DNA from: an uncultured delta proteobacterium
Lineage (GTDB): Bacteria; Myxococcota_A; Polyangia; Palsa-1104
DNA: 64,000 bases
Assembly (NCBI GenBank): GCA_963785725.1
Contig: CAWAWS010000016.1
Location: 160,001 to 224,000 of the forward strand
Reading direction: 5' to 3'
Positions within the stretch are counted from its first letter, which is position 1; each line of letters begins with the position of its first letter. Positions 53,046-62,461 of the stretch are shown here, piece by piece. Position numbers and translations under genes: made by a program. The notes below the pieces were generated by a model, which saw only the letters and a program-made list of their open reading frames with translations, had not been told where the DNA came from and made no database searches.

Positions 53046-54836
53046 ATGCAAATTCGCGATCGACCCAAGGCCGGAGCGTGGTTGGGCTTCGCCTTGAGTG
53101 TCCTGTTCGCGTCGGTGCTGGTCCCGCTGACCACGTTCGAGCTGTGGCAGGACCGCGCCGTCGACGCCGCCGGCCGCGCCGTCTTCACGGTGCGCTTGCC
53201 GGAGATGGGCGTCTGGCGCGACACGCTCGTCGGCAGCCGCTTCGAGCATCGGCGCGTGCTCGTGCCGCGCGGCGAATTGGTGGACGCGGCCGAGCGGCGG
53301 CTCATCAACGCCTACGAAATCGGGCGCCGGCCGCCGTCGCTGGGCCTGCTGCTCGGTCTGGCGATCGCCTACTTCATGCTGGGCATGCTGCTCACGTCGT
53401 ATCTGCGCAACTTCGGTTATCGCGGACGACGATTACGCACGCAGATCGTCATGCTCGCCTGTCTCGTCGCCGCGGCGGCGATCTACAAGGCGTACCTGCT
53501 GCTGACGCCCTACCCCGCCTATTGGCTGCCGATTGGCGCGTTCTCGATCGCGGTCGCCGTTCATCATGACCGGCAGGTCGCCTTCGCGGGCACCGTGGCT
53601 TTGTCGTTCCTGGTCGGCTCGCTCATCCCGTTCGATCTCGGTCTGGCGCTGGTGCTACTGCTGCAAGGCTTTGGCGCCATCATGTTCTTGAGCCACCCGC
53701 GGCGTTGGTGGGGCTTGGTGACGGCCGGGCTCGGCGGCGGCATGCTGGCTGCGCTCGGCTACCTCGCGCTCTACTGCCTCGTGCGCGGCCGCCTGCCTGA
53801 CGAGGACACGGCGTCGCTGATGACGTCGGGCTTGGCCGGCGCGTTCGGCGGCGGCGTCGCGGCGGGCCTGCTCGCCATCGTCGTCGCGCCGCTGCTCGAG
53901 CGCGCGCTCGGCGAGGTCTCGCGCACGACGCTGCTCGAGCTGACCGATCTGAATCACCCGCTGCTCAAGCGCATCGCCACGGCCTCGCCGGGAACGTGGG
54001 CGCACTCGCTGGCGATGGCGAACATGGCCGAGCTCGCCGCCACGGCGATCGGCGCCAATGCGCTGCTGACCCGCGTCGGCGCCTACTTTCACGATCTCGG
54101 CAAGTCGTCGGCGCCGCAGTATTACATCGAGAACTTGCACGCCGGCGAGCCCTCGCCGCACGACGCGCTCGATCCCGACGTCTCGGCCGACGCCATCTTC
54201 GCCCACTGTACCGAGGGTGTGCGGCTCGGACGCGGCGCGGGAATTCCCGAGCCGGTGCTCGACTTCATGCACATGCATCACGGCAACGGGCTGCTCGAGT
54301 ACTTCTGGCACAAGAATCAGGAGCTGGGGAACCCGAAGCGCCTGTCGGAGAAGGCGTTCCGCTATCCGGGCCTGCCGCCGCAGACGAAAGAGACGGCGAT
54401 TTTGGCGATCTGCGACGCGGTCGAAGCGGCCTCGCGCACGCTCAAGCAGCCGGCGGAGCGCGATCTGACGAACCTCGTGCAGCGCATCGTGTTCGGAAAG
54501 CTGCGCTTGGGTCAGCTCGATCAGTCGGGGCTGACGTCGGCCGACCTGAAGGCGCTGTGCAACTCGCTCGTCGACACGCTGAAGAACTCGTTCCACGTGC
54601 GCATCGAGTATCCGTGGCAGAAGGAAGAGCGCGCGGCGCAGGCCGCCGAAGCGGCCGCGCAAGCCGCCGCCGCGCCTGCCGAGGCCGGCGGACAAGCGGA
54701 TGCGACGGCGCACCCGAGCGTCGAAGCGCCCGGGCCGACCATCACGCAGCGGCTGTTCGTCGAAGAGCGGCTGGACTCGGCCGATTCACCGCGGCCGAAT
54801 CCCGAAGCCAAAGCTGCGAAGACTAAAGTTTCGTAA
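53046..54836 (+). CDS. 7TM-HD (HDIG) phosphohydrolase, PgpH-like
   Basis: Multiple TM helices; LLELTDLNHPLL, PGTWAHS, YFHDLGK, HHG, FRYPG..PQTKE, DAVEAASR. Confidence 0.88.
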   Translation: MQIRDRPKAGAWLGFALSVLFASVLVPLTTFELWQDRAVDAAGRAVFTVRLPEMGVWRDTLVGSRFEHRRVLVPRGELVDAAERRLINAYEIGRRPPSLGLLLGLAIAYFMLGMLLTSYLRNFGYRGRRLRTQIVMLACLVAAAAIYKAYLLLTPYPAYWLPIGAFSIAVAVHHDRQVAFAGTVALSFLVGSLIPFDLGLALVLLLQGFGAIMFLSHPRRWWGLVTAGLGGGMLAALGYLALYCLVRGRLPDEDTASLMTSGLAGAFGGGVAAGLLAIVVAPLLERALGEVSRTTLLELTDLNHPLLKRIATASPGTWAHSLAMANMAELAATAIGANALLTRVGAYFHDLGKSSAPQYYIENLHAGEPSPHDALDPDVSADAIFAHCTEGVRLGRGAGIPEPVLDFMHMHHGNGLLEYFWHKNQELGNPKRLSEKAFRYPGLPPQTKETAILAICDAVEAASRTLKQPAERDLTNLVQRIVFGKLRLGQLDQSGLTSADLKALCNSLVDTLKNSFHVRIEYPWQKEERAAQAAEAAAQAAAAPAEAGGQADATAHPSVEAPGPTITQRLFVEERLDSADSPRPNPEAKAAKTKVS

Positions 54837-55107
54837 AGCCGGCGCCGCCGAGCTTGTGGCGCGACTCGGCGCCGCCGAACTTGAAGCCGACGACCTGATC
54901 GGCGCTGAAGTAATAGCGCTCGCCCTTGTGGGTCAAGAACACGACTTCGCTGCCGATCTCGATGCGCGAGATGCGCGCGATCTGCAGCGTCTCTTGGCCG
55001 AGCGAGATGTAGGCGTTGGCCTCGACCTCCTCGGGAAACACGTAGCCGTTGCCGTCCTTCTTCACCATCGGGGCGGTCGTCAGGACTTTTTCGATCGATA
55101 GCGCCAT
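54823..55107 (-). CDS. Hypothetical 94-aa protein
   Basis: Clean ORF ending GAGF; TATTGT 6 nt upstream of ATG. Confidence 0.7.
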   Translation of the reverse strand: MALSIEKVLTTAPMVKKDGNGYVFPEEVEANAYISLGQETLQIARISRIEIGSEVVFLTHKGERYYFSADQVVGFKFGGAESRHKLGGAGFTKL

Positions 55108-55465
55108 GGGGCGACAATAAGGCGGAACCCAGCGCGCGTCCAGCAGCCGCGCACGCCCGCGATTGGCGCGTATTTACGGATACGAATCGCGCCAACCGAC
55201 GTCCGGCGCTACTTTGCATGTGTCGTTCGCAGAAGTTCGCTCGACACGCGAGCTAGCCGAGCTGAATCGCGCTCAGCCGCATGGGACGGCAACTTGCGCG
55301 ATCGGGGCCGATCGAGCGCGTGGCCCAGCGCGTTGCAACGGACGGATATCCCCAGGGTGTGAATTCCCGTGGGAAACTTTTTCATCATCGCAGTGACCCG
55401 ATCGAGGCGCGCGAAATCGTTGGCGACGGCGGTCAGTTCACAGTTGTGGACAGCCTGTGCGGCGC

Positions 55466-55494
55466 TTGCGTCGGCGGAGGCGCGGTCCTACTCT
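55466..55494 (+). promoter_or_regulatory. Sigma70-type promoter for the putative ncRNA
   Basis: TTGCGT (55466-55471), 17-nt spacer, TACTCT (55489-55494); predicted start near 55501. Confidence 0.6.
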
Positions 55495-55500
55495 CATCGA

Positions 55501-56102
55501 GTCGGGCGGTACGACGACGAGCCAAGAACCTCGCAGGGGGATCTCGACCTCGGAAGAGGACGAGACTGTCGGCGGCGAAGCAGACTCTGGAGCGCAGGAC
55601 GCGGGCGACTTTGGCCGCCGGCCTCGAAAGCGCACGAGAGGTGACGCCCAAAAGCGTCCATCGCCACCGGTCGGCAATCCCTCAGGGAGGACACGGCGAC
55701 GGCAGCGGGCCGGCAATCTAAACCGTCGCAGGCAGCGCAGCGTTGACGCAACATCCCACGCACCACGCTGAAAATGCGTGGGGGCGCGGTGGTGGGAAAC
55801 CTCAGGAGAGGCGCCCGTGGAGGCGGGCAAGGCGGCTCGGCAAGGACCCTGAAGGAGGCTGCAACCGCAAGAGAGGATCGCCGACTGGTCAAACGGTCGG
55901 ACGAGGGACGACGAGGGAACACCGCGAAGCGTGGGACGATGTCCGAGCGCATGGCGGGAGCGGCGAAAACCTGAGCCGCTACTTCACGTCCCGATAAGAC
56001 TCTGCAGCGGGCGGTAACTTCACGAGGGGCGCGGCGGCTCACGAGCGATCGGGAGCGCCGGCCGAGTACGCTGAAGTCTCTGGAGAGGCGGCTCGTCGTC
56101 GT
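55501..56102 (+). ncRNA. Candidate large (~600 nt) structured non-coding RNA of unknown family
   Basis: Perfect 13-bp closing helix 55511-55523/56090-56102, ten or more internal helices with purine-rich loops, upstream promoter, no credible ORF. Confidence 0.65.
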
Positions 56103-56136
56103 GGCGCGCCGGCGTATGCCGGCGTAGACTGCGGGC

Positions 56137-58548
56137 GTGAAGCGCTTGGGCCTCGTCGCTGCGCTGTCGCTGTCCGCACTCTTGTCGCGACGCGCGTCGA
56201 CGGCCGAGCTCTTCTCGAGCCTGGACGCGCTGGCCGGGCAGCTCAAGAACGGCGACTCGGTGCAGCGGCGCGAAGCGGTCGACAAGCTCGACGCCTATGG
56301 TGCCGACGATGCGCGACCGCTCCTCTTGCGCGCGCTCGGCGACAGCGACACCGACGTGCGGGTGCACGCGGCCACGGCCATTGGGCGGCACCATGTCGCC
56401 GAGGCCACGGCCGGGTTGACGGCGGCGCTGGGCGACTCCGATTCGCGCTTGCGGACGAGCGCGGCGGAGGCGCTGGGCCTCGTGCTCGAAGGGCCGGCCG
56501 CGGGCGATCCGCCGGCGACGACCTTGCGCGCGGTCGATGCGCTCGAGCGCGCGCTCGGCGACGGTGAGCACGAGGTGCGCGAGGCCGCGGTGGGCGCGCT
56601 CGGGCGCTTGCCGGCGACGATGGGACGCCGCGCCGCGGTGGCGTTGACCGGTCGGCTCGACGACGAAGCCGCCGGCGTGCGCCAGCGCGCGGCCGAAGTC
56701 TTGGGCCGCATGGGCGAGACGCGCGCGACGGTGCCGCTGTTGGCGCGGCTCGGCGATCCGACGCGTGAGGTGCGCGCGGCGGCGCTCGAGGCGCTGGCGC
56801 TGCTCGGCGATCCGCACGCGGTGCCGGCGATGGTGCGCATGCTGCGCGATCCGGCCGACGACGTGCGCGCGACGGCGGTGACGGCGCTCGGTCGGCTGCG
56901 CGCAGCGACGGCGATTGGGCCGCTCGACGAGACGATGCTGCACGGCCAGCCCGACGCCCTGCGCGTGCGTGCGGCCTATGCGCTCGGTCAAATCGCCAGC
57001 GCTGGCGCCCGCAGCGACAACGCCAGCGCCAACGGTGTCACGGCGGTCGACGCGCTCTTGAGCGCGCTCGGACGCGATGAGCTGAGCGCGGCGGCGAGCG
57101 AAGCCTTGGTGCGCGCCGGCGGCGCGGCGGTTCCGGCGCTGCTGGCGCGGCTGCCCGAGGCGTCGAACGAGCGCGCGACACTGTATCTCGACCTGCTGCG
57201 CCAAATCGGCGACACGCGCGCGACGCCGGCCCTGCTCGACGAATTGGGCCGTGGCCGCATCGGCGAGGAGCCGATCGTCGACGCCTTGGGCGCCATGTTG
57301 CACGCCGGTGACAAGCGGCCGCTCGTCGAGCTGGTGGCGCGGCTGGGTTCGTCGTCACCGTCGCTCAGGCGGCATGCGGCGCTGGCGTTGCAAGGTGTCG
57401 TCGACACGCGGGCGACGGCGGCGTTGACGGCGGCGGCCAGCGACACGGAAGCGCCGGTGCGCCTCATGGCCATCGGCGAGCTCGGTCGGCTCGGCGCGCG
57501 CGACGCCTTGGCGACGCTGGCGCGCGTGCTCGCCAGCGGCGACGACGAGACCGCCGCGGCCGCCGCGCACGCGCTCGGCCAGCTCGACGATCGGCGCGCG
57601 ACCGCCCCGCTCGTCGCCGCGCTCGGCCGACCGGAGCGACGGGTGCGGCGAGAGGCGGCCGACGCGCTGGCGCACCTCGGTGACGCGTCGGTCGCGCCCG
57701 CGATCATGCGCGCCGTGCGCTCGAGCGCGCCCGATTGTCGCGCCGGCGCCATCGTCGCGCTCGGCGGCGTGCTGCGCCATCACAGCGACAGCTCGGCGCG
57801 CGAGCTGCTGCTCGGTTACGCCGAGGGCAGCGACGCCGCGGCGGCGTTGGCCGCCATCGACGCGCTCGGCGCGATGGGCGACGCGACCGCCGCGCCGCGC
57901 CTCGTGCACCTCGTCGACGGTCGCGCCGACACGGGCTTGCGGCAGCGCGCGCTGGCGGCCCTCGGCAACCTCGACAGCGACGACGCCACGCGCACGCTCG
58001 CCGCGATCCTTGCCGCCGACGTCGATCCCCGCCTGCGCGCCGAGGCCGCTTGGGCGCTCGGCAAACGCGCGCGCGCCGCCGCGACGACAACGCCGCTCTT
58101 GACCGCGGCGCTGCAGTCGCCGACGCCGGCCGTGCGCGCGAACGCGGCCGCCGCGCTCTATCGGCTGCAGCGCGCGCCCGGCCTGCTTACGCGCCTCATC
58201 GACGATCGGGATCCGGCCGTGCGTGGCAACGCGGCGCTGGCGCTCGCGCACACGCCGGCTGCGCATGCCGCGCTGGCGCGTCTGGCCGCTGAGGACGACG
58301 ATCGACTGACCCGCGCGGCCGCCAAATCGGCCCTGCAAGCGCATTCACCGGTGACAGGTAACGACTGGATCGCGCTCGATGTCGTCGACTTCGACGGCTC
58401 GCCCTTGAGCGACGCGCGTTACCGCTTGGCGCTGCCCGATGGTCTCGTCAAAGTGGGCGTGACCGATGAACGCGGCGTCGTGACCGAGGAAGCGCTGCCG
58501 ACCGGCGGCTGCGCGCTCGTGCTCGACGAAGCCGCGGCCGCGCGCTAG
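56137..58548 (+). CDS. Exported HEAT-repeat protein with C-terminal beta-sandwich
   Basis: Signal peptide; many L..AL.D....VR..AA.ALG repeats; C-terminal DFDGSPLSDARYRL.LPDG...GVTDERG. Confidence 0.88.
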   Translation: MKRLGLVAALSLSALLSRRASTAELFSSLDALAGQLKNGDSVQRREAVDKLDAYGADDARPLLLRALGDSDTDVRVHAATAIGRHHVAEATAGLTAALGDSDSRLRTSAAEALGLVLEGPAAGDPPATTLRAVDALERALGDGEHEVREAAVGALGRLPATMGRRAAVALTGRLDDEAAGVRQRAAEVLGRMGETRATVPLLARLGDPTREVRAAALEALALLGDPHAVPAMVRMLRDPADDVRATAVTALGRLRAATAIGPLDETMLHGQPDALRVRAAYALGQIASAGARSDNASANGVTAVDALLSALGRDELSAAASEALVRAGGAAVPALLARLPEASNERATLYLDLLRQIGDTRATPALLDELGRGRIGEEPIVDALGAMLHAGDKRPLVELVARLGSSSPSLRRHAALALQGVVDTRATAALTAAASDTEAPVRLMAIGELGRLGARDALATLARVLASGDDETAAAAAHALGQLDDRRATAPLVAALGRPERRVRREAADALAHLGDASVAPAIMRAVRSSAPDCRAGAIVALGGVLRHHSDSSARELLLGYAEGSDAAAALAAIDALGAMGDATAAPRLVHLVDGRADTGLRQRALAALGNLDSDDATRTLAAILAADVDPRLRAEAAWALGKRARAAATTTPLLTAALQSPTPAVRANAAAALYRLQRAPGLLTRLIDDRDPAVRGNAALALAHTPAAHAALARLAAEDDDRLTRAAAKSALQAHSPVTGNDWIALDVVDFDGSPLSDARYRLALPDGLVKVGVTDERGVVTEEALPTGGCALVLDEAAAAR

Positions 58549-58557
58549 ATTCGCCGG

Positions 58558-59325
58558 ATGAGCTGGGCCGCCGTCGTCATCCCGATGATCCCCGGCGTCA
58601 TCTGGCTCTGGATCTTCTACCGCACCGATCAGTACGAGCCGGAGCCGAAGCGCCTCGTGTTGGCGACGTTCGCGCTCGGCGTGCTCGCGATCCTGCCCGC
58701 GTACGGCGCCGAGCAGCTCATCGGCATGGCCTACCCGTTCCTCGATCAGATCGAGCACGCGGCACAAAGTGGCAGCGGCTCGGCGTGGCCCATGCTCGTC
58801 GGCTGCTTCTTCATCATCGGCCCGTGCGAAGAGCTGGCGAAGTTCCTCGCCGTGCGCCTCTTCATCTACCGCCACAAGGAGTTCAACGAGCCGCTCGACG
58901 GCATCATCTACGCCGCCGCCGCCGCGCTCGGCTTCGCCAGCCTCGAGAATGTCCTCTACGTCTTCGATTGGCACACGGCGCACTTGAACTGGAGCGCGCT
59001 CGGCATTCGCTCGCTGCTCGCCCTACCCGGCCACGTCATCTTCGCCACGACCTGGGGTTACGCGCTCGGCCGCCAGAAGTTCGACGCGAAATATCGCGTG
59101 TGGCCGATGGTGATCGTGTCGATGATGCTGCACGGACTCTACGACTTCTTGGCGATGTACGGGCCCACGCGCCGCTTCGTGCTGCTCTACATGTGCGTCA
59201 TGGTGCCGGTGATCGTGCGGCAGATTAGGCTACTGCGCGCTGATTCGCCGTTTGCACCCGGCTTGGCGGAGCTGCCTCGGCCGCGTGCCGCAGCCGACGC
59301 CGCGCGCGGTGAAGACGCGACATGA
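58558..59325 (+). CDS. PrsW-family intramembrane protease
   Basis: D.YEPEP, EELAK (EExxK), DGIIY, GFASLENVLY, H...HGLYD. Confidence 0.88.
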   Translation: MSWAAVVIPMIPGVIWLWIFYRTDQYEPEPKRLVLATFALGVLAILPAYGAEQLIGMAYPFLDQIEHAAQSGSGSAWPMLVGCFFIIGPCEELAKFLAVRLFIYRHKEFNEPLDGIIYAAAAALGFASLENVLYVFDWHTAHLNWSALGIRSLLALPGHVIFATTWGYALGRQKFDAKYRVWPMVIVSMMLHGLYDFLAMYGPTRRFVLLYMCVMVPVIVRQIRLLRADSPFAPGLAELPRPRAAADAARGEDAT

Positions 59326-59749
59326 CCGTGCCGATCGGGCAATCGAGCGCGCGCGCGATCTCGCGGTAGCTCAGCTCGTCGACGTCGGCCAGCTCGATCA
59401 TGCGGCGCTCGGCCGGCGCCAGCGCCGACAGCGCGCGCACGAGCGTGCCTTCGTCGATCTCGTCGTGCGGCTCGGCCACCGTCGGCTCGGCCGAGCGGGT
59501 CAGGACGCGCGTGCGCAGCCGCTCGTCACGCGCGCGCCGGCGCTGCTCGCTGACGGCCAGGTTGCACAAGATGCGCATCAGCCAGGCGCGGCCGTTGGTG
59601 CCGCTGCGATAGCGATGGCGCGCCGTCAACGCGCGGGCGAACGTCTCCTGCACCAAATCATCGGCGTCGGCGTAGGACATGCGCCGCGCCAGACGCAACA
59701 GCGCCGGACCATGCGGCATCAGCTCGGCTTCGAACTCTTGCAGCTCCAT
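59225..59749 (-). CDS. ECF RNA polymerase sigma factor
   Basis: DADDLVQETF, GTNGRAWL, LSYREIA..LDCPIGTVMSRLHRAR. Confidence 0.88.
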   Translation of the reverse strand: MELQEFEAELMPHGPALLRLARRMSYADADDLVQETFARALTARHRYRSGTNGRAWLMRILCNLAVSEQRRRARDERLRTRVLTRSAEPTVAEPHDEIDEGTLVRALSALAPAERRMIELADVDELSYREIARALDCPIGTVMSRLHRARRRLRHAAEAAPPSRVQTANQRAVA

Positions 59750-59820
59750 GCGACCTGCCTTGAGCAACTGGCGTGCCGCGTGTCATTTCAGCGAGTTAAC
59801 CAGCGGTCGCTGCCAATCTG

Positions 59821-61332
59821 TCAGTGGCTGCCGAGCAGATGTGGCAATGCGTCGACGAGGTCGCCGGCCATGAGGCCGGTCTGGCTGCGCGCGGCGGCGG
59901 CGAAGTCGCCGGCCGCGCCGTGCAAGTAGACGGCGGCGCAGGTGGCGGCGAAGGCGTCGGTGCGCGTCTCCGCGCCTTTGCCGCTCGTGCGCGCCAAGGC
60001 GGCGGCGACGACGCCGGTCAAGACGTCGCCGGTGCCGCCCGTTCCGATGCCCGGATTGCCGGTCGGGTTGATGGCGAGGCGGCCGTCGGGCGACGCGATG
60101 ACGGTGCGCTCGCCCTTCAAGACGCAGATGGCGCCGTAGTGCTCGGCGATGGCGCGCGCCGAGCCGATGCGATCGGCCTGCACGGCTTCGGTGTCGCGTC
60201 CGAGGAGCCGCGAGGCTTCGCCGGGATGCGGCGTCAGCACCGTCGGCGCCGCGCGCTTCGGCAAGAGCGACGGCTGCGCGGCCAAGAGCGTCAGCGCGTC
60301 GGCGTCGACGACGAGCTGCAGCTCCGACGCGCCCAGCTCACGCAAGCGCGCCTTGGCGAGGTCGTCGCGACCGATGCCGGGGCCGATGGCGAGCGCGCGT
60401 TTGCCCTCGATCAGCGCCGCGAGCTCGCCCTTGTCTGCCGCTCAAGCGCTCGATCATGAGCTCGGGAATGCGGCCCTCGACGATGTCGGCGGCGTCGCTC
60501 GACATGGCGACGGTGCACAGGCCGGCGCCGCTGCGTAAGACGGCGCTGCCGCACAGGAGCGCCGCGCCCGTCTTGCCGCGTGAGCCGGCGACGACGAGGA
60601 CGTGGCCGTGCGTGCCTTTGTGGCCGCCGGCTTCGCGGACGCGCAGCGGATCGAAGATGCGCGGCGTCGAGCAGCTCGGCTTTGACGCCGCGGGCGCGCG
60701 CCAGCCGCTCGGGAATGCCGATGTCGTGCACGTGCAGCTTGCCGACGAGCGGCAGCGCGCCGGCGCCGACGAGGCCGAGCTTGGCGAACGCGAACGTGAT
60801 CGTGTGATCGGCGCGCACCGACGGGCCGATGATGCCGCGATCGGCGTCGACGCCCGACGGCACGTCGACGGCGAACACCGGGCCGCGATGGGCGCGCATG
60901 CGGGCGATGGCGTCGCGCGCGCCGCCGGCCTCGACCGGTCGCGACAGGCCGGTGCCGAAGAGCGCGTCGACGACGATGTCGTTGCGATGGAGCAGCGCGG
61001 CCGGCGCGTCGGCGATCTTCACGCCCGAGCGCTCGGCGGCGTCGAAGCAGGTGCGCGCATCGCCCGCGATCTTGCCGCGCTCACCGACGAGCGCGATGGT
61101 CACTTCGGCGCCGCGCGCGTGCAGATGGCGAGCGACGACGAAGCCATCGCCGCCGTTGTTGCCGGTGCCGCAGAAGGCGACGACGCGCGCCTTGGCTAAT
61201 GTCGCTGTGCGCGCAGATGACGTCGACGACGCCGCGGCCGGCCGATTCCATCAAGACCACGCCGGGAACGCCTAGAACGTCGATGGTTTCGCGATCGAGC
61301 GCGCGCATTTCGGCAGCGGTGACGAGCAACAT
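59821..61332 (-). CDS. nnr: Bifunctional NAD(P)HX epimerase/dehydratase, several frameshifts
   Basis: MRALD...LMESAG, GNNGGDG, DALFGTG, DVPSG, GHKG, VVDADAL, LTPHPGE, GTGDVL. Confidence 0.88.
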
Positions 61333-61336
61333 GCGG

Positions 61337-61708
61337 TCAGCTTTCCGCGACGACGAAGGCCATGGCCGAGTCGTCCGCGTGGGTGATCGACAGGTGCAGC
61401 TTACGAATTCCCGCGCGCGTCGCCGCCGCCGCGGCGTTGCCGCTCAGGCGAAACGACGGCGCCCCACCCGCTTCGTTGACGACCTCGAGCTCGTGCCAGC
61501 GCAAGCCTTCGGGCACGCCCAGCGCCTTCAAGAGCGCCTCTTTGGCGGCGAAACGGGCGGCGAAGTGCTGCCCCGAGTTGGCGCGCGCGCGGCAATAGGC
61601 CCGCTCGGCGTCGGTAAACAGCCGCGCCTCCAGCCGCTCGGGATGCGCGTCGAACGCCCGCTGCATGCGACTGATGGGCGTCAGATCGACTCCCACGCCG
61701 ACGATCAC
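61337..61708 (-). CDS. acpS: Holo-ACP synthase
   Basis: [27 protein letters not shown]. Confidence 0.93.
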   Translation of the reverse strand: MIVGVGVDLTPISRMQRAFDAHPERLEARLFTDAERAYCRARANSGQHFAARFAAKEALLKALGVPEGLRWHELEVVNEAGGAPSFRLSGNAAAAATRAGIRKLHLSITHADDSAMAFVVAES

Positions 61709-62461
61709 GCGCGCACGGCTCCGCGGCCGCGATCGATGGCGGCGCGCATTTCGCGGACGGCGCGCTCCATGCCGACGAGCACGGCGCGCGCGACGATGGC
61801 GTGACCGATGTTGAGCTCCTCGATCTCGGCGATGGCCGCGACGGCGCCGACGTTCAGATAATCGAGCCCATGGCCGGCGGCGACGTGCAGGCCGAGCTCG
61901 GCGCCGCGCGTGGCCGCGCGATGAATGCGCGCCAGCTCGGCGTCGCCGGGCGCGTGGTCGATCGGACGCACGCGCTCGCAGTAATCACCGGTGTGCAGCT
62001 CGACGCGCGGCGCCCCGAGCTGCTTCGACGCCTGCACCGCCTCCTCCGACGGATCGATGAAGAGGCTGACTTGGATGCCGTCCGCCATGAGCCGCTCGAT
62101 GGCGCGGCCGACGGCGCTGTCGCCTTGGCCGCGGGCGCCGAGGACATCGAGCCCGCCTTCGGTCGTCCGCTCTTGGCGCTTTTCGGGCACCAGCGACACG
62201 ATGTCGGGCTTCACCTCGCGGGCGATCGCCACCATCTCGTCGGTCGCCGCCATCTCCAGGTTCAATGCGCCGCGCACCGTCTGCCGCAAGAGCCGGACGT
62301 CGCGATCTTGAATATGGCGACGATCTTCGCGCAGATGCACGGTGATGCCGTCGGCGCCGGCGAGCTCGACGAGCGGCGCGGCCCACAGCGGATCGGGATA
62401 GCGTCGTGCCGCGCGCCTGCCTGAGCGTCGCCACGTGGTCGATGTTGACGTGCAGCTTCAT
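61705..62461 (-). CDS. pdxJ: Pyridoxine 5'-phosphate synthase, frameshift near 62400
   Basis: [46 protein letters not shown]. Confidence 0.92.

Noticed and set aside
55501..56102. Assignment of the structured region as RNase P RNA, tmRNA, retron msr-msd or glycine riboswitch
   Set aside because: No GAGGAAAGUCC or AGAACCCGGCUUA on either strand; no tRNA-like ends; no reverse transcriptase in the window; the glycine-like words (CTCTGGAGAG, CCTCAGG, GAAGGAG) are in the wrong order and spacing.
55163..56285. Short ORFs over the 55.1-56.1 kb gap (e.g. 55281-55721 +, 55494-56285 -)
   Set aside because: Arg/Ser/Gly-rich, no GC3 codon bias, no RBS or recognisable motifs; treated as shadow ORFs.
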